In this document: positions 19,162 through 28,214 of the stretch, piece by piece
Numbering within the stretch: the stretch's first letter is position 1
Layout: each line of letters opens with the position of its first letter
Assembly (NCBI GenBank): GCA_965249305.1
Contig: OZ252228.1
Span: 3,172,284 to 3,236,283 of the forward strand
Length of the DNA stretch: 64,000 bases
DNA from: Candidatus Latescibacterota bacterium
GTDB lineage: Bacteria; Latescibacterota; UBA2968; GCA-2709665
Direction: 5' to 3'
Notes under the pieces: generated by a model
Told to the model about the DNA's origin: nothing
The model's input: only the letters and a program-made list of their open reading frames with translations
Database searches by the model: none
Translations under genes and position numbers: made by a program

Positions 19162-20745
19162 GGGTGCCGACTCGGTTTTACGTAGATGTTTTCTGTCTAT
19201 GCTGCATCGGCATAGTCAAGGAGTTCATCATTGGCATATCGAACCTGTTTATACTGATTCCAGAAAGCATCCCATCGTTTTGACTTGACGTAAGTGCGTA
19301 ACTGCAAGATGCGTTGTCCTCCCTGCCAGGACCATTGCATACCCGATCGACAAAGCCTTGTCTTGACCAGGGTCTTTCAGGCCGCTTCGACGGGTCCCGA
19401 GCCAATGGGCAGACCCCTTCGACGAAAGTCAGCATAGGCCATCCGGTGTTTGTTCCGAAAGAAGAAGGTTCGTTCTGTTTCCAGGTCTTCCAATCGTTTT
19501 TGACCCAGCCTTCGGCGGCTTTTGTAATAGTCGATGGAGCGAATAAGGGTTTCTGCTGCGCCATCTTGGGTCAGCAGTTTGTGGTGGTAGGTTTCATACC
19601 AGCTTTGCGCTTTTGCTGATTTTTTGCCAAACAGGAGTTCGGCAGCTTCAGACAGATGTTCTGTGGTGTGATAAAAATCCACCAGTTTTTCATACCCGAT
19701 GAACCGAGGAGTGGTATCAGCATATTTCCACAACCCTCGTGCCCCATCACACAGGAACACTTTTCCGACCTCATCTTTCAGTTGTCCTTCGATATGATCG
19801 AGTTCTTCCTCAAAGCGTATCTTCAACGTTTGACCACCCTCTTCGGGCATTTGTGCCACATACCGAGAGACCAAACGCTTTGGTGGGGTGCCGTCCTTTG
19901 GAGGTGCCCCATAAAAGGACAGGCTGCCCACCAGGGCCTGTTTGAAACTGGTCGGACTTTCTTCGGACGGTTTTTCCCCCGGCCTCTCTTGTGGACGCCC
20001 GCGTTTTTTCCCCGGCTCATCCAGCCTGAGGTGGGTCCCATCCAGGCTGGCCACCATCACTTTTGTCCCTTTGGGGTTCTCCTCCTCCTGACGGATCGAC
20101 CGGTTGAGTGTTTCATCCATCTCGACCAGCCACGCTCCCGTCTCTTCTGTGATGTGTTTGACCGCTGTGGCAGAAGGCTGAAACAGAGCCGTCTTTTCCA
20201 GCACAGAAACGGTTTCCTCCGGCGTGATCAAGCTCACCGTGAACAACACCGCTTCACGAACTTCCACGGTGGCAAACTCACCGACCATTCCCCACATCAC
20301 ATCCAACGGCACATAAGAAGGCCCCCCTTCATCGGCCTGAAACAGATTTCGAGAAAGCTTCATCTTCCCAAAGGGGGTCAAAAACGTCTTCTCACTTTGT
20401 TGCTTAAACCGATACAGCACATTCTCGACCTGTTTTGGGGCCTCATCCACTTCGTAGGCTTCCAAAAATGTGCGAAGCGCTGCGATCCCACAAGCCTTGA
20501 GGGCTTCACCAAGCCCACTTGTGACCTGTTCTGCCAATTGAGGCGTCAAACTCTCCAGGTCCAAATTTTCGCAATGGGCGCTCAATTTTTGCTTAAATTC
20601 CCAGGTGGCGGCTTCGATCATCTCTGCGAGGTCCATCTTGGGCTCCTTTCCCGTATCTATACAACCTTATTGTTTTCAGTCTGTTGTATGATCGGGATTT
20701 GGAGCCTTTTTTGCAACTCATTTACGTAAATTCAGAGCAGCACCC
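19162..20745 (-). mobile_element. ISKra4-like insertion sequence (1584 bp) nested inside the IS701-like transposase gene; 27-bp TIRs, 8-bp TSD CTTTCAAC
   Basis: Left end GGGTGCCGACTCGGTTTTACGTAGATG. Right end (reverse complement) GGGGTGCTGCTCTGAATTTACGTAAATG. Direct repeats CTTTCAAC lie at 19154..19161 and 20746..20753, and the host transposase reading frame resumes across them. Confidence 0.75.
19197..20636 (-). pseudogene. ISKra4-family transposase carrying an in-frame TGA (at 19377..19379) in place of the conserved Cys codon of the ...GSGxVEAA-C-KTLV... motif
   Basis: The 419-aa ORF ends ...PIGSGPVEAA*. The same frame then continues KTLVKTRLCRSGMQWSWQGGQRILQLRTYVKSKRWDAFW..., the conserved ISKra4 C-terminus, to a stop at 19197..19199. 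Confidence 0.65.
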
Positions 20746-21758
20746 CTTTCAACCCACGTGCTTCATCCAACAAGGTCAGAGCAATCTCTGGCTTGGTCTG
20801 AAAGGAGATCTCCTCCGGCACACCGGCCTTAGCACACCGATCCGGGTCATTGGTCCACGCTTTGGGTAGATACAACCTCGCATTTAATGGCCAACTCACC
20901 CCCGCATCGGCATACACACCCGTCACAGCAACCTGGCAATTGCCGACTTTACCCAGACTGCCTGAGTATTGCCTGGAAACACCCACTGAGCTCTTGCCTT
21001 GTTTGGCAAAGCCCGTATCGTCGAAGATGAAAGCCCCATCGCCCAAAACCGCTTCATCCCGCATTTGCTCAACCCTCTGGGCGTTGAAGGCGGCTTCATC
21101 CCATTGAATCCCGGTCAGGAGATTGTGGAGCCTCTGCTCATTGGTCTGGGGGATCGCTCCTGCGAGGGTCTCGCCGTTCTTCCGAGGCAGATCTGAGAGC
21201 AAGCCCGTGCTATACCGCTCCAGGTTTTCTCGCCCTTCAGAACGCACAAAGTGATGGATGAAGGGAGAAAGAAACGCCTCTAACTCGGGCAAAGGGTCTG
21301 TCGATGCTTTGATGTCCATTGGTATCCTCCTGTTTGCCAGAAAGATACCAACCTATCCATCAATTGACAAAGTAATATTAGGCCGAAAAGCTATAACCTT
21401 AACCCATTTGACGGCCGTGAGTATGATTTGAACCAAGCGGGTGGGCCACCACCGATAAAATCGTGAGATTCTATCACCTGGGCAATATGATCAAGCCACC
21501 AGTCCAGTCGGTCATGATGTAGAAAATGCGCGCCCAATAGACTCGCATGTTGATTCATGGCTACAAACAGGTTATAGCGTTGCCAGAAAGTGGAAGCGCT
21601 TCGATAAGTGCTTGTGCGGCTGATTGAATCATACCCGTAATCCGAGACGGCCTAACATGAATTATACTGCCCAATTGCAATGACGAACATAGCGGTTGCT
21701 GGTAGCATAAACCCGTTCTATTTTTGAAGCACACGAAATATTAAATCCTGGCCGAAGG

Positions 21759-21788
21759 GTGAAGGCGAGTAATTCGAGCCCGACACGG
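21759..21788. repeat. Intergenic 30-bp motif TGAAGGCGAGTAATTCGAGCC(C/T)GACACGG (copy 1)
   Basis: Near-identical to 24973..25002. Both copies lie just 3' of minus-strand gene stops. Confidence 0.6.
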
Positions 21789-21831
21789 CAGGGTGGCCTT
21801 GTTGTCTCACACGAATTTTGGGGAAGGACCT

Positions 21832-22584
21832 CTAACGGTATTGTTCCAGGTCGCCCCTGTATTCCAGGCCAAGGATTTCACGCGAGCGCCCAACGTTGCA
21901 GGTGCTGTCGGCGTCGAGTGTGCCCACGGTGTGGAAGATGTCGAAGTCGACGGTTTCCGATTCGACCGCGAGCCGGCAGGCTTCGGCCAGATCGTGCCGG
22001 CAGACCCAGCCTTCGCGGTAGGGTTGTTCCTCAGTCCCTAGTTTTTTTCTGTATTTGTCGATCCCCAATCGGCTGTCGACGATGTACTGGGGGCGGAGGA
22101 CGATGGTGCGCAGCTCGAAGGCGTCGTAAAACTGGCGGCACATTTCCTCCTGCAGGCGCTTGCAGACGGCGTAGAGGCTGCCGTCCGGCCGCCTGACGTC
22201 GGCGGAGAAGAAGATGCCTTTGGGGTGTACGGTCTGGCAGGAGCCGATGTGGACGACCCGCCTGAGGCCGTGCTGGCGGGCGGATTCCAGGACGTTCCAC
22301 AGGCCCTTAAGGTTGATGAGAAAGGGTTTTTCGTCTTTGATGTCGCCGCCGAAGTAGACGGCTACGTGAACGACGGCGTCCATGCCTTCGGTGGCTTCCT
22401 GGACGGTGTTGAAGTCCGCGATGTCCCCGTGAACGACCTCACCCTCCCATTCACCGTCGATATCTTTCAACCCTTCCCAGGCTTCAGGACCGCGGTCGAA
22501 TGCGCGGACCCGATGGCTGCCGGAAAAGCTGGCCAGTACGGCACGCCCCGTCCAGCCGGCCGCGCCGAATATGACAACATTCAT
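21832..22584 (-). CDS. NAD(P)-dependent epimerase/dehydratase family (SDR) protein
   Basis: Rossmann motif VVIFGAAGWTGRAV directly after Met. AAGGAGA RBS 6 nt upstream of ATG 22584. The 265-aa track ORF starts earlier in GC-rich leader. Confidence 0.75.
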   Translation of the reverse strand: MNVVIFGAAGWTGRAVLASFSGSHRVRAFDRGPEAWEGLKDIDGEWEGEVVHGDIADFNTVQEATEGMDAVVHVAVYFGGDIKDEKPFLINLKGLWNVLESARQHGLRRVVHIGSCQTVHPKGIFFSADVRRPDGSLYAVCKRLQEEMCRQFYDAFELRTIVLRPQYIVDSRLGIDKYRKKLGTEEQPYREGWVCRHDLAEACRLAVESETVDFDIFHTVGTLDADSTCNVGRSREILGLEYRGDLEQYR

Positions 22585-22697
22585 GGGGTCTCCTTCGCCG
22601 GGTGATGACCCGAACCTTCGCTGCCACACTGTGGCAGGGCTGCCGTCAGCCAGCCAGACGCGGTGGCTACTCCGTAGCTAACTGCAAGCCTGCCTCT

Positions 22698-24770
22698 TTA
22701 GGGGCGGGTCGCTGACTGATTTACCTCTCTTTCTTTTGGATTATGGAGTAAACTCGTAACTTCGGCGATCTTATCTGATGATCCAAGGACAAAAAGCACA
22801 TCATTAGCACAAAGTGGTATGTTTACGTTTGGATTGGATAATATTTGTGAGTTTCGACGTATTGCCAATACCGTAACTTCGTATTTCTTTCGCAGCTCAA
22901 TGTTAGCTAAACTTTTTCCAACTAAAGGTGATCTTTCAGCAACCCTCAACGTACTGATTTCGACATTGGGAAGCTGAAGTTTTAAATCGGAAAAAGATGA
23001 CGACTTTTTGGAAAGGCTTCGAAACATCTCGTAACCACCTGATCGCACTTCAGCGACCAGCCTTTCGATTTCATCTCTGGGTATAAGATATTTTGCCAAA
23101 ACCCGAGTAAAGATTTCCACTGATGTCTCAAATTCTTCTGGAATGACTTCGTCGGCCCCTAATTCATATAGAGGCTTCATCTCTTGGAGATAACGGGTTC
23201 GTACGATCAAATGAACTTTCGGATTAAGTCTCCGAATGACTTCAGTAATTCTACGGGTTGCCGTGGGATCGTTAATTGCAACTACAACTATTCTCGCATC
23301 TTTGATGTTTGCGTGCTGAAGTACGACCTCCTGGGTTGAATCGCCATAATAAATTGGTTCCCCCTGTGCTTGTTCGTTTCTCACTGTTTCGGGGTTCATT
23401 TCAATGACTGCATAGGGGATACCTGATAACCGTGCGGCTTGTGCTACATTTCTACCATTGACTCCGAAGCCGATTATAATAAGGTGGTCTTTCTTACCCT
23501 TAACCTCTATCTCTGAAACAGGATAAAAACCCGATATTAACCTTTTTGGCAGCGGCAACCGCAGGATAATATCGGCTGCGCGTGGCGCCAGTGTTATAAT
23601 GAATGGTGTCGCCGCCATGCTAAGTACAGAGAAAGCCAGAAACATCTGATAGATATTTCCGGCAAGCAAACCATGTTCAACACCGGTCCTGGATAGAATG
23701 AAAGAAAATTCACCAACCTGACTGAGTGCAAGGCCAACCAGGATTGAAGTGCGAAAAGGGAATCCTAATAAAACTGTTGCAAAACAGGCAATGATAGATT
23801 TTAAAACCAAAACTCCCAAAGCGATCAGCGCAATGGTTCCCGGTTGCTGGAAAAGGAAGCCTACATCCAGCAGCATACCAATGGAAATAAAAAAGAAGCT
23901 TGTAAAGACATCCCGAAAGGGTAAAATATTCCCGAGTGCCTGATGGCTGTATTCAGATTCGGAAATGATCAATCCTGCTAAAAACGCACCCAGGGCAAGG
24001 GATAGCCCTGCCTTGGAAGTTAGCCACGCAACACCAAGGCATATTACAATCACGCTTAATAAAAAAACTTCTTGATTGCGTGTTCTTGCGATTTGATATA
24101 ATACTTGGGGCACAATCCATTTAGTGCTGACCATCATCAACAGGATTATACCGATTCCTTTGGCCAGAAGAACGAGGACGGATTCACCTAAATTCCCTGT
24201 TGCACCAGCCAGTAGCGGGGTGACCAAGATCATAGGAACAATAATAATGTCCTGGAAGATCAGGATGCCAAGAGTCGTACGCCCGTGTGGACTATCAACT
24301 TCGGCTCTTTCTTGGATTAGTTTGAGTACAATCGCCGTGCTGCTCAGGGCTACGAGAAATCCGATGAAGACCGCCTCACCAAAAGCTTGGCCAAACCGCC
24401 TGGCTATGAACAAAGTAGCCAAAAAGGTCAGCAACACCTGAAGCGAGCCGCCCATCAGGACGGACTTCCTGATTTGCAGCAGCCTTTCAAGTGAGAACTC
24501 GATTCCGATGGTAAAAAGCAATAACACAATACCGATTTCAGCAAAAATTTCAACTTCATGAACTGCCTTTACCAGCCCAAATCCGTAAGGCCCGACGAAT
24601 ATCCCCGTGAGGAGGAATCCCATAACCGTGGGAACGCGAAGCCGATAGCATATAAAGAGAACGGCAATGGACAGACCAAATATAATGATAATATCATTTA
24701 GCATCTGTATTTCCATAAAAACCTCCGAGGGGACACCCGGCTTTAACCGGGTGAAGAATCGGTGTTTCAA
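22698..24770 (-). CDS. CPA2-family monovalent cation:proton antiporter (KefB/YbaL-like) with C-terminal RCK (TrkA-N/TrkA-C) domains
   Basis: 690 aa. The N-terminus is a 12-13 TM Na/H-exchanger region. The C-terminus holds HLIIIGFGVNGRNVAQAA (TrkA-N Rossmann) plus a TrkA-C domain. GC is noticeably lower than the surrounding sequence. Confidence 0.8.
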   Translation of the reverse strand: MKHRFFTRLKPGVPSEVFMEIQMLNDIIIIFGLSIAVLFICYRLRVPTVMGFLLTGIFVGPYGFGLVKAVHEVEIFAEIGIVLLLFTIGIEFSLERLLQIRKSVLMGGSLQVLLTFLATLFIARRFGQAFGEAVFIGFLVALSSTAIVLKLIQERAEVDSPHGRTTLGILIFQDIIIVPMILVTPLLAGATGNLGESVLVLLAKGIGIILLMMVSTKWIVPQVLYQIARTRNQEVFLLSVIVICLGVAWLTSKAGLSLALGAFLAGLIISESEYSHQALGNILPFRDVFTSFFFISIGMLLDVGFLFQQPGTIALIALGVLVLKSIIACFATVLLGFPFRTSILVGLALSQVGEFSFILSRTGVEHGLLAGNIYQMFLAFSVLSMAATPFIITLAPRAADIILRLPLPKRLISGFYPVSEIEVKGKKDHLIIIGFGVNGRNVAQAARLSGIPYAVIEMNPETVRNEQAQGEPIYYGDSTQEVVLQHANIKDARIVVVAINDPTATRRITEVIRRLNPKVHLIVRTRYLQEMKPLYELGADEVIPEEFETSVEIFTRVLAKYLIPRDEIERLVAEVRSGGYEMFRSLSKKSSSFSDLKLQLPNVEISTLRVAERSPLVGKSLANIELRKKYEVTVLAIRRNSQILSNPNVNIPLCANDVLFVLGSSDKIAEVTSLLHNPKEREVNQSATRP

Positions 24771-24972
24771 AGTCGCGAATCCGAAAGGATTCGTCGGCCC
24801 GAAACCACTTAATGCCTGAACAAATGGTTAGTATATTCATGCGGGCACAAGGCTTCAAGCGCCGGTGTTTGCCGCATCTGCGGCCCTGCTCTTTGACAGT
24901 AGAACAGGATGTTCATGAGGGAAAGGGTTGGCAGGAGGATGGGTGAGGAAAAGCGCCACGGAATCACACGGA

Positions 24973-25002
24973 ATGAAGGCGAGTAATTCGAGCCTGACAC
25001 GG
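24973..25002. repeat. Intergenic 30-bp motif TGAAGGCGAGTAATTCGAGCC(C/T)GACACGG (copy 2)
   Basis: See 21759..21788. A related 11-mer, TGAAGGCGAGT, also follows the RND gene stop at 53537. Confidence 0.6.
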
Positions 25003-25026
25003 AAGGTCAAAGGGGAACGATCAGAT

Positions 25027-27120
25027 TTAGCTTGCCCGTTCCTCTTTTCCGATACGAATAAAACCGGACGGGTTGGCCAGGTTCTGGTACTCTGTCTTGA
25101 TCCGGTCGTCGTTTCTGGCAACGTCCGATATTCTGATGTGATCGATAACGCCCTTGAACCGGGCCGCGCCCTTAGAGATGTGACCGATGGCCACGTTGAC
25201 TGTGTTCGTCTGAATTGCGCCGGAGCCGGAGCGTTCGCCGACTAAGACGCTGTCAACAAAGAGCTTGACGGTTCTGCCGTTGTAGACACCTGCAAGGTGG
25301 TGCCAGCCTGGAGTGAGCGCACGATGGGCGGCGATGCCCACAGCCCCGTTTATCGTGTTGACCAGAAAGCTCGGCCCGGGAACGGCAGCGCAGAGCCCGC
25401 CATTGTGGCCGTAGTCGCAGTATCTGAGGCTGAACGCGCCGTTTTTTCCCAGGGTGTCATATCTCAGGATTTTGCCGTGGAATTTATCGCCGTCGCCGTC
25501 GTAGAGGGGAGCGCCGTAAAAATAGCGTCCGTCAAAAGCTCCGGCGTTGTATCCCACGGTTTTCAGATTGTCGGTATGGCCGGCGTCATATCCATCCCAG
25601 CTTTTCGGGTCATTGAAGGGTCCCCGGGTGTCGTATCTGAGGTAGTTGCAGTGGTAGAGGAGTTTTCCTATTTCATCTTTCCTCGTCCAGGGCATGAAGT
25701 AGACATACCTGCCGTCAAAAAATCCTCCGTCGAATCCCCCGGTGTCCAGGCCCGACGTTTTGCTCGCGTCACAGGTCTCCCAGCTCACATCATCCTCGAA
25801 ATCGCCCTGCGTGTCGTATCGCACCATCAGGCCGTGGCTGTAGGCCACAAAGTAGAGGTAGCGGCCGTCGAAGACCGCGCCGACGTTGGCCTGCATCCCC
25901 AGCGGTCTGGCGTCGTAATAGCGCCAGCTGTCTCTGTCTCCGAAATCCCCTGTGGTGTCGTATTGTAAAACCACACCTGTGGCCAGCGGTACGAAGTAGA
26001 TGTACCGGCCGTCGAATGCCCCGCCGTCGTAACAGACGGTTTCGGCAGAAAGGGTTTTCGCGTCGAAGACGCTGTAACTTGCCGGGTCTTTGAAGTCTGC
26101 TTTTGTGTCCAGACGCAGGACCTTGCCGCTGAGTTTGGCCTCCGATATCACGCTGTCCGGGGTATCCTCGTAGCCGGGACAGAAGTAGATGTAGTGGCCA
26201 TCGAACGCCGCCGACTGGTGGGAGTGCGGCAGGTTTGCGTCGTGGGCGCTCCAGCTCGCGCTGTGTTTGAAGTCCATGTGGGTGTCGTAACGCAAGACCC
26301 GGCTGTGGTATCCGTCTCCCGTATCGCGGGGCGTGAAGATGACGTATCTGCCGTCGAAGGTTGCGCCGTAGTAGCAGACGGTTTTCATGCCGTCGGTATG
26401 GCTGGCGTCATAGGCTTCATAGCTTGCCGGATCGTGGAAGTCTTTCTGCGTGTCGTACCGCAGCACGTTGGCGTGTACGGAGAGCCTGTCGTTGCTGGTG
26501 GTGCGGATGGGGCAGAAGTAGACGTGGCGCCCATCGAAGACGGCGCCGTAGAAACCGACGCACGCCAGCCCGTCCGTGCTGCCCGCATCGTAGCCGTTGA
26601 AGGTGTCAAAAGAGGATAACGGCTCCCATTTGGAGACAAGGGGCTGCATCGCTTCCGGTCGATAGGCGTCGCTGTGGACCCAGGCCTGGACGGTGATTTC
26701 ATCGCGGATGTCCAGGCTGTCTGAATGCGGCAGTTCGACCTCCGGCTCAGAAGCGGTGTTTAGCTGATGAACGAGCTTGTAGTTTGAGTCCCAGACTTCA
26801 CCCCCGGTTTGCGCGGCATCGGAATTGCCGTAATACAGGTATAGCTCCGTGTCTGTGCTGCAGGAAAGTTCGGGGATCCGGACCCAGGCTTTCAGGCTGC
26901 CGGTTTCAGGGGTATAGGCGATGATTTCGTGGGGCAGTCTTGTCTCACCATCCGGCAGGGTAAAGAAGATGTCATCGCCTCCAGGGTGCGAAATGTGTCC
27001 CTCTTCGGGGGTGGATTTAAGGTCGGGATCGGTCAGAACGATCAGAACAGGAACATCTTTCTGGTCGGAATTCAGGACCTTTGTATGGTCTATGGCAATC
27101 GGTTTTCGGTAGAAGGGCAT
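25027..27120 (-). CDS. Secreted multi-repeat protein: N-terminal DUF2341-like domain, about nine tandem ~47-aa repeats, C-terminal LamG/concanavalin-like domain
   Basis: N-terminal ...PVLIVLTDPDLKS...DGDDIFFT..DGET.LPHEI...AWVRIPELS..DTELYLYYGN is the DUF2341 pattern. The repeat unit is FDGRY(I/V)YF.P.........VLRYDT..DF.D..SW..YDA. C-terminal ...GWHHLAGVYNGRTVKLFVDSVLVGE... is LamG-like. Confidence 0.55.
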   Translation of the reverse strand: MPFYRKPIAIDHTKVLNSDQKDVPVLIVLTDPDLKSTPEEGHISHPGGDDIFFTLPDGETRLPHEIIAYTPETGSLKAWVRIPELSCSTDTELYLYYGNSDAAQTGGEVWDSNYKLVHQLNTASEPEVELPHSDSLDIRDEITVQAWVHSDAYRPEAMQPLVSKWEPLSSFDTFNGYDAGSTDGLACVGFYGAVFDGRHVYFCPIRTTSNDRLSVHANVLRYDTQKDFHDPASYEAYDASHTDGMKTVCYYGATFDGRYVIFTPRDTGDGYHSRVLRYDTHMDFKHSASWSAHDANLPHSHQSAAFDGHYIYFCPGYEDTPDSVISEAKLSGKVLRLDTKADFKDPASYSVFDAKTLSAETVCYDGGAFDGRYIYFVPLATGVVLQYDTTGDFGDRDSWRYYDARPLGMQANVGAVFDGRYLYFVAYSHGLMVRYDTQGDFEDDVSWETCDASKTSGLDTGGFDGGFFDGRYVYFMPWTRKDEIGKLLYHCNYLRYDTRGPFNDPKSWDGYDAGHTDNLKTVGYNAGAFDGRYFYGAPLYDGDGDKFHGKILRYDTLGKNGAFSLRYCDYGHNGGLCAAVPGPSFLVNTINGAVGIAAHRALTPGWHHLAGVYNGRTVKLFVDSVLVGERSGSGAIQTNTVNVAIGHISKGAARFKGVIDHIRISDVARNDDRIKTEYQNLANPSGFIRIGKEERAS

Positions 27121-27166
27121 GGGGGTATCTTTCGTGTTGATTTAAGGGCCGCAAGAGAATTCCGGA

Positions 27167-28084
27167 CTATTCGATCGGCACTGCATTTTCGTCGATATAG
27201 GTCTGAATTTCGTCGGGGTCCACGGTGCCGATGAATCTGAAGGTGGGCGGGATGTAATAGAAGCTTTCGGCGTATTCAAATCCGTATTTCTGACCGAGTT
27301 CTCTATACGCGTGCAGGCCGAACAGTTTGATGTATTCCCGGTCCGCCGTCTCATCATCGTCGCCCAGAGCCGGGAGGCGCAGGCTCTGTTTGGCCAGCCT
27401 GGCTTTGAGCCTGGAGCCCTGGGAACCTGCGGGGCCCTGCGATTTGTTGACGCTCATGGAGGCGACTTTTGTGTCGATGTGGGCGCCGATGTCCACTACC
27501 CGGTTGTAGGGCTGTCCGGGACGTGCGACCCAGTAGTACTTTTCCTTCACGCCGTGGGGCGCGATGCCGGCGGCGACCTGTTCGGGATAGTCTTTGGCCA
27601 TGCCGGCCATCCAGCACGCCGCTTCCACGGCCAGGCCGGTTATGTAGTGGTCCGGGTTTTCGTCGTGATGAGCCCAGGGGTTGAAGGTGAAGACGGTGTC
27701 GACTTTGAGCTGGCGGAAGAGGAAGATCAGCCGGGCACGCAGCTCGATTGACGACGCCTCATCCATACGGTGGTTGCGGTAGCCCAGGTTGAAGACCTGC
27801 TTGAGGCCGAGGACTTGAGCCAGGTCGTCCACTTCGCGTTCGTTGCTCAACACGGTTTCGCCGATGCTGGGCGTGGGGCCGCACTTTTCGTCGTTGGTGG
27901 TCTGGATGAGGTAGCCGGTGTAGCCTTCCTCGATGAGCTTGGCGATTGTGCCTCCGCAGAAGGGCGGGATGTCGTCTGCGTGGGGCTGGACCGCGGCCAG
28001 CACCTTGCCTTCGTGGGGTTTGCCCGATACGGGCCGTTCGAGGGTGACGTCGCCCGAGGGGGTTCCCTGGTTTTCGATTGGCAT
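27167..28084 (-). CDS. PIG-L/LmbE-family N-acetylglucosaminyl deacetylase
   Basis: VLAAVQPHADDIPPFCGGTIAKL is the HPDDE..GGT LmbE signature, and DIGAHIDTKV lies downstream. I take the MPIENQG Met (28084) as the start. The longer 401-aa track ORF extends into a low-complexity, repeat-derived leader. Confidence 0.75.
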   Translation of the reverse strand: MPIENQGTPSGDVTLERPVSGKPHEGKVLAAVQPHADDIPPFCGGTIAKLIEEGYTGYLIQTTNDEKCGPTPSIGETVLSNEREVDDLAQVLGLKQVFNLGYRNHRMDEASSIELRARLIFLFRQLKVDTVFTFNPWAHHDENPDHYITGLAVEAACWMAGMAKDYPEQVAAGIAPHGVKEKYYWVARPGQPYNRVVDIGAHIDTKVASMSVNKSQGPAGSQGSRLKARLAKQSLRLPALGDDDETADREYIKLFGLHAYRELGQKYGFEYAESFYYIPPTFRFIGTVDPDEIQTYIDENAVPIE

Positions 28085-28101
28085 TACGCCCTCCGCATTA
28101 A

Positions 28102-28183
28102 CCGCAGAGACGCGGAGGGCGCAGAGAGAATCAGATGTTGACCCCTTTTTGCCTTTCTCCGCGTCCTCCGCGTCTCCGCGGTG
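28102..28183. repeat. CTCCGCG-type repeat (copy 2) with a 17-bp inverted partner: arms 28102..28118 (CCGCAGAGACGCGGAGG) and 28165..28181 (CCTCCGCGTCTCCGCGG) around a ~46-nt loop
   Basis: The same TTTCTCCGCGTCCTCCGCGTCTC(T)GCGGTG motif occurs at 1061..1099. This copy lies in the leader of the PIG-L gene and 3' of the response-regulator gene. Confidence 0.55.
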
Positions 28184-28214
28184 CAAAGATTTTGAAAGCA
28201 ATATCTGGCGCAGG

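Larger units (their letters stand above)
18406..21384 (-). mobile_element. IS701-like insertion sequence (own length about 1.4 kb) disrupted by a nested ISKra4-like element
   Basis: Terminal inverted repeats GGTTAGTATTACTTTGTCAA (18406..) and TTGACAAAGTAATATTAGGCC (..21384). The transposase is split into an N-terminal fragment (20746..21319, with the DDTGFAKQGKSSVGVSRQYSGSLGKVGNCQ block of the IS701 family) and a C-terminal fragment (18522..19161, HRRWLIEQFHEVAKSLLGWDEYQ). Confidence 0.7.

Noticed and set aside
21430-21600. 56-aa minus-strand ORF (MNQHASLLGAHFLHHDRLDWWLDHIAQVIESHDFIGGGPPAWFKSYSRPSNGLRL) immediately outside the IS701-like right end
   Set aside because: It has no recognisable family, is below the ORF threshold, and has no RBS. 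It may be a remnant of the IS target gene, but I cannot support that.
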